Notes: generated by a model not told the origin, from the letters alone. A stretch of 33,705 nt of DNA from Gemmatimonadota bacterium (GCA_039591655.1 JBDHDE010000028.1:1-33705); one strand, 5' to 3'. Numbered from the stretch's first letter, positions 9,161-18,544 are shown. Numbers and translations: made by a program.

Positions 9161-9857
9161 TCTCGAGGCGCTACTGAAGCTGCAGGAGAAGGACAAGGTC
9201 GTGATGGAGATCGAGGCCAGGCTCCAGGCACTGGAGCCGGAACTGGAGGTGCTGGATCAGGATCTGGCGGTGGCCGAGGAGAAGGCGGTGGCGGCGAGAT
9301 CCCGAGTCGAGGAGGCCGACAAACGTCGCGCGGAACTGGAGGTGAAGATCGAGAGCTATCGTGTCATGCAGGAGCGGCGCCGGCAGAAGCTCGAATGGGT
9401 GCGGGGCGCGAAGGAGGCCTCGAACCTCATGGCGGAGCTCGATCTCGCCCGCACGGTGCTCGCCAAGGAGGAGGCCGAATGGGTCCGCTCCGCCGACAAG
9501 GTGCAGGAGGCCCAAGGGTTCGCTACCGAAGCGGACGGCGTGCTCGAAGAGCTGCGGGTAGCTCAGGCGCCCGCGCGCGAGCAGATCGCCGCCCAGCAGG
9601 CCGAATGGGACGAGCAGCTCGGGGCGGCGCGTGCCGACCGCACCAAGGCGGCGAAGTCGGTGGCCCCGGGACTCCAGGAGCGATACGACCGCATCCGTCA
9701 GGGACGCGCGCCGCTGGCGCTGTACCCGCTCCGCAATGGGGCGTGCGGGCATTGCTTTACGGCGGTCCCGCTGCATCGCAAGCAGAAGATCCAGAACGGC
9801 AGCTCCATGGAAGCCTGCGAGGCGTGCGGCGTGCTGATCTACGCCGAGGAGGAATGA
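9144..9857 (+). CDS. Coiled-coil protein with C-terminal C4 zinc ribbon (DUF164/CT398-like)
   Basis: Long Glu/Ala-rich coiled coil, then YDRIR, CGHC and CEAC; strong AGGAGG upstream of the GTG start. Confidence 0.85.
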   Translation: MAVHADLEALLKLQEKDKVVMEIEARLQALEPELEVLDQDLAVAEEKAVAARSRVEEADKRRAELEVKIESYRVMQERRRQKLEWVRGAKEASNLMAELDLARTVLAKEEAEWVRSADKVQEAQGFATEADGVLEELRVAQAPAREQIAAQQAEWDEQLGAARADRTKAAKSVAPGLQERYDRIRQGRAPLALYPLRNGACGHCFTAVPLHRKQKIQNGSSMEACEACGVLIYAEEE

Positions 9858-11581
9858 CGACGGCGCCCCACCGGTGGGCCGTGGCTCCGCCGTCGGAGCC
9901 GGAGCCCGTGGAGTCGCTGGTCAACGCCCTCGAGATCCCCCCGACGCTGGCCGGGCTGCTGGTGCAGCGCGGCTACCTGACCCCGGACGACGCGAAACGG
10001 TTCCTTCGCCCGACGCTGGAATCCCTGAGCGACCCCTTTGAGCTGCGCCACATGGATCGGGCCGTCGAATCGGTGGCACGTGCGGTGCGCGAGGGACAGA
10101 CCATCCTGGTGCACGGTGACTACGACGTCGACGGCCAATGCGCCACGGCGCTGCTGACGCGCATGCTGCGCACTGCCGGCGCGAACGTCGTTCCGTTCGT
10201 GCCGCATCGGATCCGTGACGGCTACGACTTCGGCCCGGCGGGCCTGGCCGAGGCTCGAGCCCACGGTGCATCGCTCATTCTGACGTGTGACTGTGGAACG
10301 ACCGCGACCGACGCCGTGAAAGCCGCGCAGGCAGAGGGCGTGGAGGTCGTGGTGACGGACCACCACCTGCCGGGCACGGTGGCGCCGGCGAGCGCCGTGG
10401 TGAATCCGCAGCATCCGGAATGTGAGTCACCGCTGGGGGCGTTGTGCGGCACCGGCGTGGCGTTCAAGCTCGCCCAGGCCCTGGTCCCCGCGCTGGGCCT
10501 CCCCGAGAATCTCCCGTTCCACTTCCTGGATCTGGTGGCGCTGGCCACGATCGCAGACGTGGTCCCGCTCACCGGGGAGAACCGCACGCTGGTGCGCTTT
10601 GGGCTCCGGATGCTGGCAGCCTCACGCTGGCGCGGCGTACGGGCGCTGGTGGAGGTAGTGGGGCTCAAGGGCGTGGCGCTGCGGGCCGGACAGGTGGGCT
10701 TCATGCTGGCGCCGCGCCTCAACGCAGCCGGCCGGATCGGCGAGGCCATGGAGGGCGTGCGCCTGCTGCTGTCCGACGATCCCGCCGAGGCGAATCACAT
10801 TGCCCGCGGGCTGGAGACGATCAACGCCAGGCGCCAGGCGATAGACGAGCAGACGCTGGGGGAGGCCATCGAGGAAGTGGAGCAGCGGGTGGACCTCGAG
10901 CAGGAGTACGGGCTGGTCCTGGCGCGCGAAGGGTGGCATCCGGGCGTGATCGGCCTCGTCGCCTCCCGCCTGGTAGAGCGCTACTCGCGGCCGGCAATTC
11001 TGGTGGGGATCGATGGCGACGAGGGACGCGGCTCGGGTCGCAGCATTTCCGGGTTCGACCTGCACGATGCGCTCACCGCGTGCGGGGCGCACCTGGTGCG
11101 CTTCGGAGGGCACCGCATGGCCGCCGGACTTACAGTGGCGCGCGACCGCGTGGATGACTTCCGTGCGGCCTTCAACGAGGTGGCCCGCACCCGGCTATCC
11201 CCGGAGGACCTGGTACCCACCCAGCGGGTCGACGCCGTGGTGGCAGTGGACCGCATGGACGGCGACCTGGAACGGCTGCTGCGGCACCTCGAGCCGTGCG
11301 GTCCGGGGAACCCGGCCCCCGTGTTCGGAGTCAGCGGCGCGCGAGCCAGGGACCCTCGTAAGGTGGGGGCGAATCACCTGAAGTTCACGCTGCACGACGA
11401 CACGGCCGACATCGCCGCCATCGCGTTCAACTGGGCGGACCGGGTGGAAGCAGATTGGTGGCGGCAGCCGGTGGATTTGGCGGTGCGGCTCGAGCGCAAC
11501 GAGTGGCGCGGACGGAGCACGCTTCAGGCCCGCGTCGTGCAGATCAAGCCGGCGAACGACGATGCGCATCATCGCGGGTGA
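9854..11581 (+). CDS. recJ: Single-stranded-DNA exonuclease RecJ
   Basis: HGDYDVDG, DCG, TDHH, ATIADVVPL, APRLNAAGR, GSGRS and FGGH. ATG 9854 in an ATGA overlap with a GAGGAGG SD. Confidence 0.96.
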   Translation: MTTAPHRWAVAPPSEPEPVESLVNALEIPPTLAGLLVQRGYLTPDDAKRFLRPTLESLSDPFELRHMDRAVESVARAVREGQTILVHGDYDVDGQCATALLTRMLRTAGANVVPFVPHRIRDGYDFGPAGLAEARAHGASLILTCDCGTTATDAVKAAQAEGVEVVVTDHHLPGTVAPASAVVNPQHPECESPLGALCGTGVAFKLAQALVPALGLPENLPFHFLDLVALATIADVVPLTGENRTLVRFGLRMLAASRWRGVRALVEVVGLKGVALRAGQVGFMLAPRLNAAGRIGEAMEGVRLLLSDDPAEANHIARGLETINARRQAIDEQTLGEAIEEVEQRVDLEQEYGLVLAREGWHPGVIGLVASRLVERYSRPAILVGIDGDEGRGSGRSISGFDLHDALTACGAHLVRFGGHRMAAGLTVARDRVDDFRAAFNEVARTRLSPEDLVPTQRVDAVVAVDRMDGDLERLLRHLEPCGPGNPAPVFGVSGARARDPRKVGANHLKFTLHDDTADIAAIAFNWADRVEADWWRQPVDLAVRLERNEWRGRSTLQARVVQIKPANDDAHHRG

Positions 11582-12077
11582 GTTTGGCGGCCGCGGGCTG
11601 GAGGAGCCGAAGGATGCCCGGGTGCGCCCCACCACGGACCGGGTGCGGGAGGCCTGGTTCTCTATCCTCGAGCCCCGCCTCGCCGGCGCCCGCGTGCTGG
11701 ACCTGTACGCCGGATCGGGCGCCCTGGGCCTCGAAGCGCTCTCACGAGGCGCCGCACACGTGGAATTCGTGGAGGTGCTACCCGCTTCCCTCACGGCCCT
11801 CAAGGCGAACATCGCGGCGCTTGGCGTGGACGAGCGAGTGCGCGTGCGACGCGCCGACGCGCTACGCTTTGCCGGACGCCTCGCAGCGGGAGCGTACGAT
11901 GTGGCCGTGGCAGATCCACCGTACACCACCGACCATGCGGAGCGTCTCGTGGATATCTTCCGGGCGGGGCCTTTTGCCCAGATCTTGGGTGTGGAGCACC
12001 CGATCACGCTCACGCTGCCGGGTGACGAGACCCGTCGCTACGGCGATGTTGCCTTAACCTTCTGTTACGCCTCATGA
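11562..12077 (+). CDS. rsmD: 16S rRNA m2G966 methyltransferase RsmD
   Basis: MRIIAG, RPTTDRVREA, LDLYAGSGALGLEALSRGA and DPPY; adjacent to coaD. Confidence 0.94.
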   Translation: MRIIAGEFGGRGLEEPKDARVRPTTDRVREAWFSILEPRLAGARVLDLYAGSGALGLEALSRGAAHVEFVEVLPASLTALKANIAALGVDERVRVRRADALRFAGRLAAGAYDVAVADPPYTTDHAERLVDIFRAGPFAQILGVEHPITLTLPGDETRRYGDVALTFCYAS

Positions 12078-12556
12078 CACGAACGGCCGTATATCCCGGT
12101 TCATTCGATCCCGTGACCCGCGGTCACGAGGACATCATCCATCGCAGCCTGCATCTGGCGGACAAGCTGCTCGTCGCCGTGGCCGTCAGCCAGGACAAGG
12201 AGCCGCTGTTCAGCCTCGATGAACGGGTGGAGCTGCTCCAGACCGCCCTGGGGAGCGAGCGGCGGGTCGAGGTCTGCTCGTTCGACGGTCTCCTGGCGGA
12301 CTTCGCGCGGGCGCAGAACGCCCGGATCATCATTCGGGGACTGCGGGCGTTCAGCGACTTCGACTACGAGTCGCAGATGGCGTTGATGAATCGGCAGCTG
12401 TATCCCGATCTGGAGACCGTGTTCCTGGTGCCCGCCCTGCACCTCACGTATCTCAGCTCCAGTCTGGTCCGGGAGGTGGCGCGGCTCCGAGGGGAAGTGA
12501 GCACGCTGGTGCATCCTGCCGTGGACAAGGCCCTCAAGGAGAAGTTCGGTCGGTGA
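12074..12556 (+). CDS. coaD: Pantetheine-phosphate adenylyltransferase
   Basis: YPGSFDPVTRGH, RGLRAFSDFDYE and SSSLVREVA. Confidence 0.97.
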   Translation: MTRTAVYPGSFDPVTRGHEDIIHRSLHLADKLLVAVAVSQDKEPLFSLDERVELLQTALGSERRVEVCSFDGLLADFARAQNARIIIRGLRAFSDFDYESQMALMNRQLYPDLETVFLVPALHLTYLSSSLVREVARLRGEVSTLVHPAVDKALKEKFGR

Positions 12557-13548
12557 CGTTCCGGGAGCGGCTGCGCCGTCGGGCGGCCACCCGCGGGAGC
12601 ACCGTGGTCCTGGCCGAGGGCTGGGACGACCGGGTGCGTGCGGCGGCCACACACCTGGAGCGGGAGGCGATCGCGGAGACCGTAGTGCTCGATCGGTCCA
12701 TGGCAAACGATCCGCGGCTCGGACGAGTGGCCGAGTTGCTCGCGACCCGGCGGCCGGACAGAGTACCCACTGCCGCCCACGCCCGTGAGCTGGCGGCCGA
12801 TCCGCTGCGTTTTGCAGCGGCCCTGGTCGCGCTGGGTGAGGTGGACGCGGCGGTGGCGGGGGCAGTACACTCCACCGCCGACGTGCTACGGGCGGCCCTG
12901 TGGGCCATCGGACCGGCCCCCGGCTTCACCACCGTGAGCAGTGCGTTCTACATGGCGTTCGATGAGACGCCCCAGGGAGCCCTGCTGCAGCTCGTCCGCG
13001 AACGGTGCGATACCGGCAGCGTGCTCACGTTCGCCGACTGCGGCGTTGTCCCTGAACCCAACGCCGAGCAGCTGGCGGAGATCGCAGTGGCCGCTGCCCG
13101 GGACCACCTGCCGCTCGCCGGCGACGATCCGGTGGTGGCTTTTCTTTCCTACAGTACCAACGGCAGCGCGACGGGGCCGCGGGTCGACAAGGTCCGGCAG
13201 GCAGTGCAGCGATTCCGGCAGCTCGCACCCGACATCCGCTGCGACGGCGAGCTGCAGGGAGACGCGGCCCTCGTGCCGGCGGTGGCCGACCAGAAGGTAC
13301 CGGAGTCGCAGGTTGGCGGCTGCGCGAACGTCCTCATCTTTCCTGATCTTGACAGCGGGAACATTGCCTACAAACTGGTGCAGCGCCTGGCCGGTGCGAC
13401 GGCGACGGGTCCGATTCTCCAGGGCCTCGCACGTCCGATGATGGATGTCTCTCGCGCTGCCACCGCCGAAGATGTAGTTGATGTAGCGGCGGTCGGCGTG
13501 CTGCAGGCGACGGGACCGACCGGGCATCCACCCGAGGAGGGAGCATGA
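12553..13548 (+). CDS. pta: Phosphate acetyl/butyryltransferase (short Pta type)
   Basis: TFADC, LSYST, DGELQGDAA, IFPDLDSGNIAYKL, GPILQG and DVSR; acyl specificity cannot be determined. Confidence 0.85.
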   Translation: MTFRERLRRRAATRGSTVVLAEGWDDRVRAAATHLEREAIAETVVLDRSMANDPRLGRVAELLATRRPDRVPTAAHARELAADPLRFAAALVALGEVDAAVAGAVHSTADVLRAALWAIGPAPGFTTVSSAFYMAFDETPQGALLQLVRERCDTGSVLTFADCGVVPEPNAEQLAEIAVAAARDHLPLAGDDPVVAFLSYSTNGSATGPRVDKVRQAVQRFRQLAPDIRCDGELQGDAALVPAVADQKVPESQVGGCANVLIFPDLDSGNIAYKLVQRLAGATATGPILQGLARPMMDVSRAATAEDVVDVAAVGVLQATGPTGHPPEEGA

Positions 13549-13883
13549 GCTTCACGGTGCGCAAGGATGGTGGGAAGGGTGTGGTGGTGGTGGGTGTGGA
13601 CGGCCAGCTGATCGTTGGGAACCGCCACGACCTCAAGAAGAAGGTGCTGGATGCCATGGAGGACGGCGAGCGGAAGTTCGTCATCGACTTCAGCGAGACC
13701 GGCTACATCGACTCCTCGGGGCTCGGCGTGCTGGTGTCGTTGTCGAAGAAGATCCGCGAAGTGGGCGGCGACCTGCGGCTGGCCGGTCTCAACGATGACC
13801 TCCGGACGCTGTTCGAGCTGACCAAGCTCGATACGCTCTTCACCATCACGGACTCGGTCGAGGAGGCGGTCGCCGCATTCTGA
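13545..13883 (+). CDS. STAS-domain anti-sigma factor antagonist (RsbV/SpoIIAA-like)
   Basis: 112 aa with YIDSSGLGVL containing the phosphorylatable Ser and LFELTKLD; strong SD. Confidence 0.93.
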   Translation: MSFTVRKDGGKGVVVVGVDGQLIVGNRHDLKKKVLDAMEDGERKFVIDFSETGYIDSSGLGVLVSLSKKIREVGGDLRLAGLNDDLRTLFELTKLDTLFTITDSVEEAVAAF

Positions 13884-13887
13884 CCAC

Positions 13888-14358
13888 GTGACCGCTCCCC
13901 TCCGGCTCTACGTTCGCCGCAGCGAGACGCCGGACCCGGACAGCGACGCCCGTCGCGTCCAGATCTCGCTCAGGGTTCCGACCGACCTCGACATCGTCGA
14001 AGAAACGGTCGACCTCGTTGCACGGCACTGCCTGGCTAGCGGTGTGCCGCCCCGGGCGGCGCGATTCGTGGTACGAGTGGCGCTGTGCGAGGCCCTCGCC
14101 AATGCCATTGTATACGGCAACCGGCTCGACCCCACCAAGCGTGTGGAGATACGCGTGGAGGTCGGGGAAGAGCGGCTCTCAATGCACGTGCGGGACGAGG
14201 GCGACGGCTTCGACCCCACGCAGATTCCCGATCCGACCGAACCGGAGCGCGTAGGGCTCTCCAACGGTCGCGGCCTCTTCATGATTCGCCAGCTGGTCGA
14301 CGAGGTCCACTTCAACGAACGGGGGAACGCCATCTGCATGATCATGCGCCGCGCCTAG
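13888..14358 (+). CDS. Anti-sigma factor / Ser kinase (RsbW-like, GHKL ATPase)
   Basis: EALANAIVYGN (N box), DEGDGFD (G1) and GRGLFMI (G2). Confidence 0.9.
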   Translation: MTAPLRLYVRRSETPDPDSDARRVQISLRVPTDLDIVEETVDLVARHCLASGVPPRAARFVVRVALCEALANAIVYGNRLDPTKRVEIRVEVGEERLSMHVRDEGDGFDPTQIPDPTEPERVGLSNGRGLFMIRQLVDEVHFNERGNAICMIMRRA

Positions 14359-14393
14359 ATCGGCTCGACGCGATCCTGCGGTCGCTGGGCTCC

Positions 14394-15932
14394 ATGGCCG
14401 GGTGCCGGTTGCGGCTGTGGCGCTACGGTCGCGGGCGCCTCCGCCCGGTCCTCGCCGTCACCGACGCGGAGCCGCCCCGGGTGCGCGTCGACGAGGCGGG
14501 CGTCGTGACGCCCGCCGACGACACCCGCTGGCTGGAGCCCGTCCCGGATACCGACGGCTACTGGTACGAGATCGTCGACCCCGACGGGGAACCGGGGCAG
14601 GCCGCGGAGACACTGGCCCCGTTGCTGACGAGTCTCATGGACCGGGAGCGCGACACCTTGCACCTGGCGAAGCAGCTCGCCTCGCGCTACGAGGAGATCG
14701 AGCTGCTCTACACCATCAGTGAGACCCTGGGGCGCACGATTCGTCTCGAGGTGGCGGCCCAGATCATCCTGAGCGAAGTGAGCGACGTGGTGGGGGCCCG
14801 GCGCGCATCGATTTTCGTGCATGACGAGGCGGCGGGCCTGTTGCGACCCGTGGCGGCAATGGGGCAGGACCCCGGGGAGCTCGGCGACCTGCCGGTGGAC
14901 GATGCAGATTCCATTACCGCCCGGGTGTTTCGGACCGGGAGCGCCATCACCCACGATCCGCGCCGTCCGGCGGACCCCAACCCCGCGGTGCACGCGGAGC
15001 GCGGCTACCGTGGCTCCGCCTTCCTCTCGGTTCCCATCGTGTACCCGGCGGTCAACGGTGCTACGCGTCCCATCGGCGTCATCAACCTGACCGACCGGAT
15101 CGGCGCCGACGCCTTCAGCGGCGGGGAGCGGCGGCTGGTGTCGGCGGTCGCCAGTCAGATCGGCGCGGCCATCGAGAATGCGCGGCTCGTGGAGCGCGAC
15201 CTCATTCGGCAGCGCGTGAGCCGGGAGCTCGAGTTGGCCCACGGCCTCCAGATGAAGCTCCTGCCGTCACCGGAGATCCTCGGTCCGGGCGTCAATGTGG
15301 CGGCGCGGTGCGTGCCGGCCCGCAGCGTGGGCGGCGACTTCTACGACTTCCTGCGCCTACCCGGTGGTAGGGTGGGCGTGATGCTGGGAGATGTCTCGTC
15401 GCACGGCTTCTCCGCCGCCCTGATCATGGCGCTGGTGCTCTCGGCTGCCGGCATCCATGCCGCGGAGGAGACCTCCCCGGAGGGCATGCTGCGCCGGCTG
15501 CTGGAGTCCATCGCGCAGGAGCTCGCCGAGACGGAGATGCACCTCTCGCTGTTCTACGGCGTGCTGGATCCCGACGGCGGCATCCTGCGCTACGCCAATG
15601 CCGGCCACCCCCACGCGTTCCGCATCGCGGGCGATGGGACCCAGGAGCGCCTCGGTGCCACGTCACCGCCCCTGGGGCTCACGCGGGCGGAGGCCCTCTC
15701 CGCTGCCGAGACATCGTGGGCGCGGGGTGAGGATCTGCTGCTCTTGGTGTCCGACGGGATCGTGGACGCACGGGACGAAGATGGGCAGCCCCTGGGCGAG
15801 GAGCGGATCCTGGAGCTTGCCACGGCCAGTAACGGCGCGCCCCGGCAGGTCGTCGAGAGAATCCTCGCCGCGGCCGAGGCATTCGAGGCCCAGGCGAGGG
15901 ATGATCGCACAATCCTCGCCCTCCGCACGTAA
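14394..15932 (+). CDS. GAF plus SpoIIE/PP2C phosphatase (RsbU-like)
   Basis: GAF region followed by VGGDFYDF, GDVSSHG, YANAGHP, SDG and DDRT. Start uncertain: 14394 is the first in-frame ATG after the upstream stop, and coding-like sequence extends back to about 14355. Confidence 0.88.
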   Translation: MAGCRLRLWRYGRGRLRPVLAVTDAEPPRVRVDEAGVVTPADDTRWLEPVPDTDGYWYEIVDPDGEPGQAAETLAPLLTSLMDRERDTLHLAKQLASRYEEIELLYTISETLGRTIRLEVAAQIILSEVSDVVGARRASIFVHDEAAGLLRPVAAMGQDPGELGDLPVDDADSITARVFRTGSAITHDPRRPADPNPAVHAERGYRGSAFLSVPIVYPAVNGATRPIGVINLTDRIGADAFSGGERRLVSAVASQIGAAIENARLVERDLIRQRVSRELELAHGLQMKLLPSPEILGPGVNVAARCVPARSVGGDFYDFLRLPGGRVGVMLGDVSSHGFSAALIMALVLSAAGIHAAEETSPEGMLRRLLESIAQELAETEMHLSLFYGVLDPDGGILRYANAGHPHAFRIAGDGTQERLGATSPPLGLTRAEALSAAETSWARGEDLLLLVSDGIVDARDEDGQPLGEERILELATASNGAPRQVVERILAAAEAFEAQARDDRTILALRT

Positions 15933-16760
15933 GTGGGGCGCCGCCTCGGGCAACACTTCCTGTACGATCCCGCGATCCTCGATCGGATCGTGGACGGTCT
16001 CGATCCCCGGCCCGACGACGTCGTGCTGGAGATCGGTGCCGGGCGGGGGACGTTGACGCGGCGGTTGGCGACTCGCGTGGGGAGAGTGGTTGCCATCGAG
16101 CGAGACCAACGGTTGGTGGGAATGTTGAGGGAAGGGGGAACGGGGAGAGGGGAAGGGTCCGCTGCGTTGCCCGGGAACGTGACTGTGGTGGAGGGAGATG
16201 CGCTCGCGCTGGATTGGCACGCAGTTGTCGCCGAAGCCGGACCACCGAGCTTCAAGGTGGTCGGCAACATCCCCTACGCCATAACGTCTCCCTTGATCGA
16301 CAAGGGCCTGGCGCCCCCTGCGCCACCCACGATCGTCTTCCTGGTACAGCGCGAGGTGGCCGATCGTCTCGCTGCGGAGCCGGGTGGCAAGGCGTACGGG
16401 GCCCTGACCGTGGGAGTGAAGGCCGTTGCCACGGTGGAGCAGCTGTTCCGCGTGCGCCCGGGCGCGTTCCGGCCCCCGCCCAAGGTGGAGTCCGCTGTGG
16501 TGCGACTCACTCCCCTGGCGGAGCCGCGGCTTGCTGCGGCGGAGCAGCCTGCCTTTCGCGCTTTCATCACGGCGCTGTTCGGTCAGCGGCGCAAGCAGCT
16601 CGTTGGCGCGCTGCGCGTCGCCACCGGGCTCGAGCGCGAGGCCATTGCGGAGCGACTGGCCCAGTTAGAGGTGGATCCCAAGCTCCGGTGCGAGGCGCTG
16701 TCTCCCGAGACGCTGGTCCGGCTCCACCGGGCGCTACGCGACGCACCGCGGGGCCTGTAG
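15933..16760 (+). CDS. rsmA: 16S rRNA dimethyladenosine transferase RsmA/KsgA
   Basis: LGQHFL, LEIGAGRGTLT, GNIPYAITS, QREVADR, FRPPPKVES and FGQRRK. Confidence 0.96.
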   Translation: MGRRLGQHFLYDPAILDRIVDGLDPRPDDVVLEIGAGRGTLTRRLATRVGRVVAIERDQRLVGMLREGGTGRGEGSAALPGNVTVVEGDALALDWHAVVAEAGPPSFKVVGNIPYAITSPLIDKGLAPPAPPTIVFLVQREVADRLAAEPGGKAYGALTVGVKAVATVEQLFRVRPGAFRPPPKVESAVVRLTPLAEPRLAAAEQPAFRAFITALFGQRRKQLVGALRVATGLEREAIAERLAQLEVDPKLRCEALSPETLVRLHRALRDAPRGL

Positions 16761-16775
16761 ATTGCGAAGACACCC

Positions 16776-17654
16776 TTGCCTGACGATGGTCCCACTGCGG
16801 TCCGCTCGATGAGCGACGGCATCCGGGCGGCCCCCCGGGGGACGCTGGTCGACCGCGCCCTGCGGCGCTTGCGGGAAGGTACGATCGACAGCGTGACGCT
16901 GGCGCACGATGTGTTGGGTCTCGGCCGAGCGACCCGGGCAATCGCAGAGCGCGTTGCCGTGGCCCTGCTCGGGTCCGACCCCAGGGTGCGGCAGCGCGGC
17001 GACGGGCGCTGGGAGCTGGCCGCGGAACGGTGGGGGGTGCCGAGGCTCGCCGAGACCACCTTCGCGGTTGTGGACGTGGAGACCACCGGGACGCGGTTCG
17101 CCCGGGGGGATCGGATCACCGAGCTCGCCGTCGTCACGCTCTCGGGCGACCGGATCGATGTGGCGTTGGAGGCGCTGGTCAACCCGGAGCGGCCCATCCC
17201 GCAGTTCGTCAGCTCGCTCACCCGCATCACCGACGAGATGGTGCGGGATCGGCCCGCCTTTCGCGATATTGCCGACGACGTGCTCGCCGCCCTGGCCGGC
17301 CGGGTGTTCGTGGCGCACAACGTGCGCTTCGACTGGGGCTTCCTTGCGAGTGAGGTGCGGCGGGCTCGGGACCTTGAGCTGGAGGGGCCGAAGCTGTGCA
17401 CCGTGCGGCTGGCCCGGCGACTGCTACCGGGCCTGAAGTCCAGAGGCCTGGACAGCGTGGCCGCCTTTCTGGGCGTGGAAATCACGGATCGCCACCGTGC
17501 CCTGGGCGATGCGCTGGCTACCGCCCACATCCTGCAGCACCTCCTCGGCCTGGCCGAAGAGCAGGGCGCCCTCACGCTCACCGACCTGAGGCAACTCGCC
17601 CGGCGCAGCCGCCGCCGCAAGAGCGCGCTGCCCCGCTCGATGGAAGAACTATGA
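16776..17654 (+). CDS. DEDDh 3'-5' exonuclease (DnaQ-like) with N-terminal extension
   Basis: VVDVETTG, AHNVRFD and HRALGDA; start either TTG 16776 or ATG 16809. Confidence 0.88.
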   Translation: MPDDGPTAVRSMSDGIRAAPRGTLVDRALRRLREGTIDSVTLAHDVLGLGRATRAIAERVAVALLGSDPRVRQRGDGRWELAAERWGVPRLAETTFAVVDVETTGTRFARGDRITELAVVTLSGDRIDVALEALVNPERPIPQFVSSLTRITDEMVRDRPAFRDIADDVLAALAGRVFVAHNVRFDWGFLASEVRRARDLELEGPKLCTVRLARRLLPGLKSRGLDSVAAFLGVEITDRHRALGDALATAHILQHLLGLAEEQGALTLTDLRQLARRSRRRKSALPRSMEEL

Positions 17655-18541
17655 CGCTCGTGACCACGTTTCGCCTCGGGAGCCTCACCTGTCACACGCT
17701 GGACGGCGGCCGCCAACGCCTGGACGGCGGGGCGATGTTCGGCGTCGTGCCGAAGCCGCTGTGGGAGAAGCGGATCACGCCGGATGAGCGAAACCGGATT
17801 CCCCTCGGACTCCGTTGCCTGCTGATCGAGCACGATGCGGGCCCGGTGCTCGTGGACACCGGCATCGGCAACAAGGAATCGGCGAAGTTCCTGGACATCT
17901 ACGGTGTCGAGAACGCGGGCACCCAGGGGCCGACGCAGCTCGACGACGCCCTGGCCGAAGTGGGTTTCGTGCCGGCCGACATCCGCTACGTGATCAACAC
18001 GCACCTGCACTTCGATCATGCGGGCGGCAACACGTTCGCGGAGGCCGAGGAAGGCGAGGCGCACGTTGCCTTCCCGGGCGCCACGTATGTCGTTCAGCGG
18101 GGAGAGCTCGATTTCGCCGGCCTAAGGAACGAACGCATCGCCGCCAGCTATCTGGCTCCCAACTTCGCGCCGGTCGCCGCGGCGGACCGCTGGCGCCTGG
18201 TGGACGGAGAGACGGAGCTCCTTCCCGGCATCCTGCTGGTCCCCACCCCGGGACACGTGCCGCACCACCAGTCGGTGCTGCTGTCGAGCCAGGGGGAGAC
18301 CGCCTGCTTCCTGGGGGACCTCGTGCCGACCACGGCGCACCTGCCGCTCCCCTGGATCATGGGCTACGATCTCGAGCCCCTCGTGACCCTGGAGAGCAAG
18401 CGATCGCTGCTGGGACGGGCGGAGGCGGAGGGGTGGGTGCTGGTGTTCGAGCACGACCCGATAGTGGGGCTGGGGCGCGTGGCTCGCGAGGGCAAGAGCT
18501 ACCGGTTCGCGCCGCTTGACACCCCACAAGGGCACGGGTAG
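17651..18541 (+). CDS. MBL-fold metallo-hydrolase (YtnP-like)
   Basis: LDGGAMFGVVPKPLW, VDTG, THLHFDHAGG, TPGH, GYD and FEHDP; ATG 17651 in an ATGA overlap. Confidence 0.9.
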   Translation: MTLVTTFRLGSLTCHTLDGGRQRLDGGAMFGVVPKPLWEKRITPDERNRIPLGLRCLLIEHDAGPVLVDTGIGNKESAKFLDIYGVENAGTQGPTQLDDALAEVGFVPADIRYVINTHLHFDHAGGNTFAEAEEGEAHVAFPGATYVVQRGELDFAGLRNERIAASYLAPNFAPVAAADRWRLVDGETELLPGILLVPTPGHVPHHQSVLLSSQGETACFLGDLVPTTAHLPLPWIMGYDLEPLVTLESKRSLLGRAEAEGWVLVFEHDPIVGLGRVAREGKSYRFAPLDTPQGHG

Positions 18542-18544
18542 CTT
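18516..18544 (+). promoter_or_regulatory. Sigma70-type promoter of the infC-rpmI-rplT operon
   Basis: TTGACA (18516-18521), 17 nt, TAGCTT (18539-18544). Confidence 0.75.

Noticed and set aside
13566..13600. GTG/GGT-rich run in the STAS gene
   Set aside because: Explained by codons for GGKGVVVVGV.
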